Source of the DNA: Eledone cirrhosa
Taxonomy: Eukaryota
Direction: 5' to 3'
Length of the DNA stretch: 64,000 nt
Assembly (NCBI GenBank): GCA_964016885.1
Contig: OZ024753.1
Span: 35,960,001-36,024,000, forward strand
Part shown: positions 63,127 through 64,000 of the stretch, piece after piece
Position numbering within the stretch: the stretch's first letter is position 1
Layout: each line of letters begins with the position of its first letter
Made by a program: the position numbers and the translations under genes
The notes under the pieces: generated by a model
What the model saw: only the letters and a program-made list of their open reading frames with translations
The model's database searches: none
Told to the model about the DNA's origin: nothing

Positions 63127-64000
63127 CTGTGAGAAAAATAAAAAACAAATAAGAATACATGCACACAAAGACACGCACACAAACACATGCACACAAACAC
63201 AAGCTCATAAACACACGCTCATAAACACACACACACAAACACACGCACACAAAAACATGCTCATAAACACACGCACACAAACACGCGCACACAAGTGCAC
63301 ACAAAGACACGCATACAAAGACATGCACACAAACACATGCTCATAAACACATGCACACAAACACATGCACACAAACACATGCGCACAAAAACATGCTCAT
63401 AAACACACGCACACAAACATGCGCACACAAACATGTGCACACAAAGACACGCATACAAAGACATGCACACAAACACATGCTCATAAACACACGCACAAAC
63501 ATGCACACAAACACACACACAAACACACGCACACAAACATGCACACAAACACACACAAACACATGCTCATAAACACACACACACAAACACATGCACAAAG
63601 AGAGACAACCCAAAAAAAGTTATAGAAACACAACGGGAAGAAATAAAAAATTTAAATAAAAAATTTGTCAATTGACTTTCGACAAATTGGACCGAGGAAA
63701 CAATGTTTCCGTTGATCTTTCCAATTGCTAATACTATCTATCCGTCGCAATGCCAGGTAGAAGGAGCAACGTGAAATAAAGTGCCTTGCTCAAGAAGATA
63801 ACACATCGCCTGGTCCAGGAATCGAACTGACAACCTCACGATTGTGAATCCAGTTCTCTAACCAATCAGCCACATGACATCGGAAAGAAACACAACGATA
63901 ATTACTGAAGATGTCACAGAAATGTGTGATGAAAGAACTTTGAGAAATTATATTTATACTTTTATTTCATATAAAGCAAATATATTATTATGCAAGCAGG

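Overview
AT-rich, repeat-dense eukaryotic (animal) DNA; the repeat landscape suggests an octopod cephalopod (inference). The minus strand carries the 3' part of a megalin/LRP2-type LDL-receptor-family gene. I traced 25 GT-AG exons with consistent phases from 63126 to the stop at 7469 (about 1420 codons: cbEGF, YWTD propeller, EGF, 11 LDLa repeats, 2 EGF, YWTD propeller, 2 EGF, TM, cytoplasmic tail). The introns hold RTE-clade LINEs, a Penelope-like GIY-YIG remnant, two tRNA-derived SINE families, TTAA-flanked piggyBac-like MITEs, microsatellites and a ~13.9 kb 57/68-bp minisatellite that grew inside a SINE and fills one intron. The least expected signal is about 15 minimal type-I hammerhead ribozyme motifs (CUGANGA...GAAA...NUH, mostly with palindromic stem III) from several small non-coding element families. 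They often sit in inverted or palindromic arrangements within (TA)n tracts, many are sense to the LRP2 pre-mRNA, and one family has an unusually large stem II. All calls were made by eye; no activity or database match is shown.
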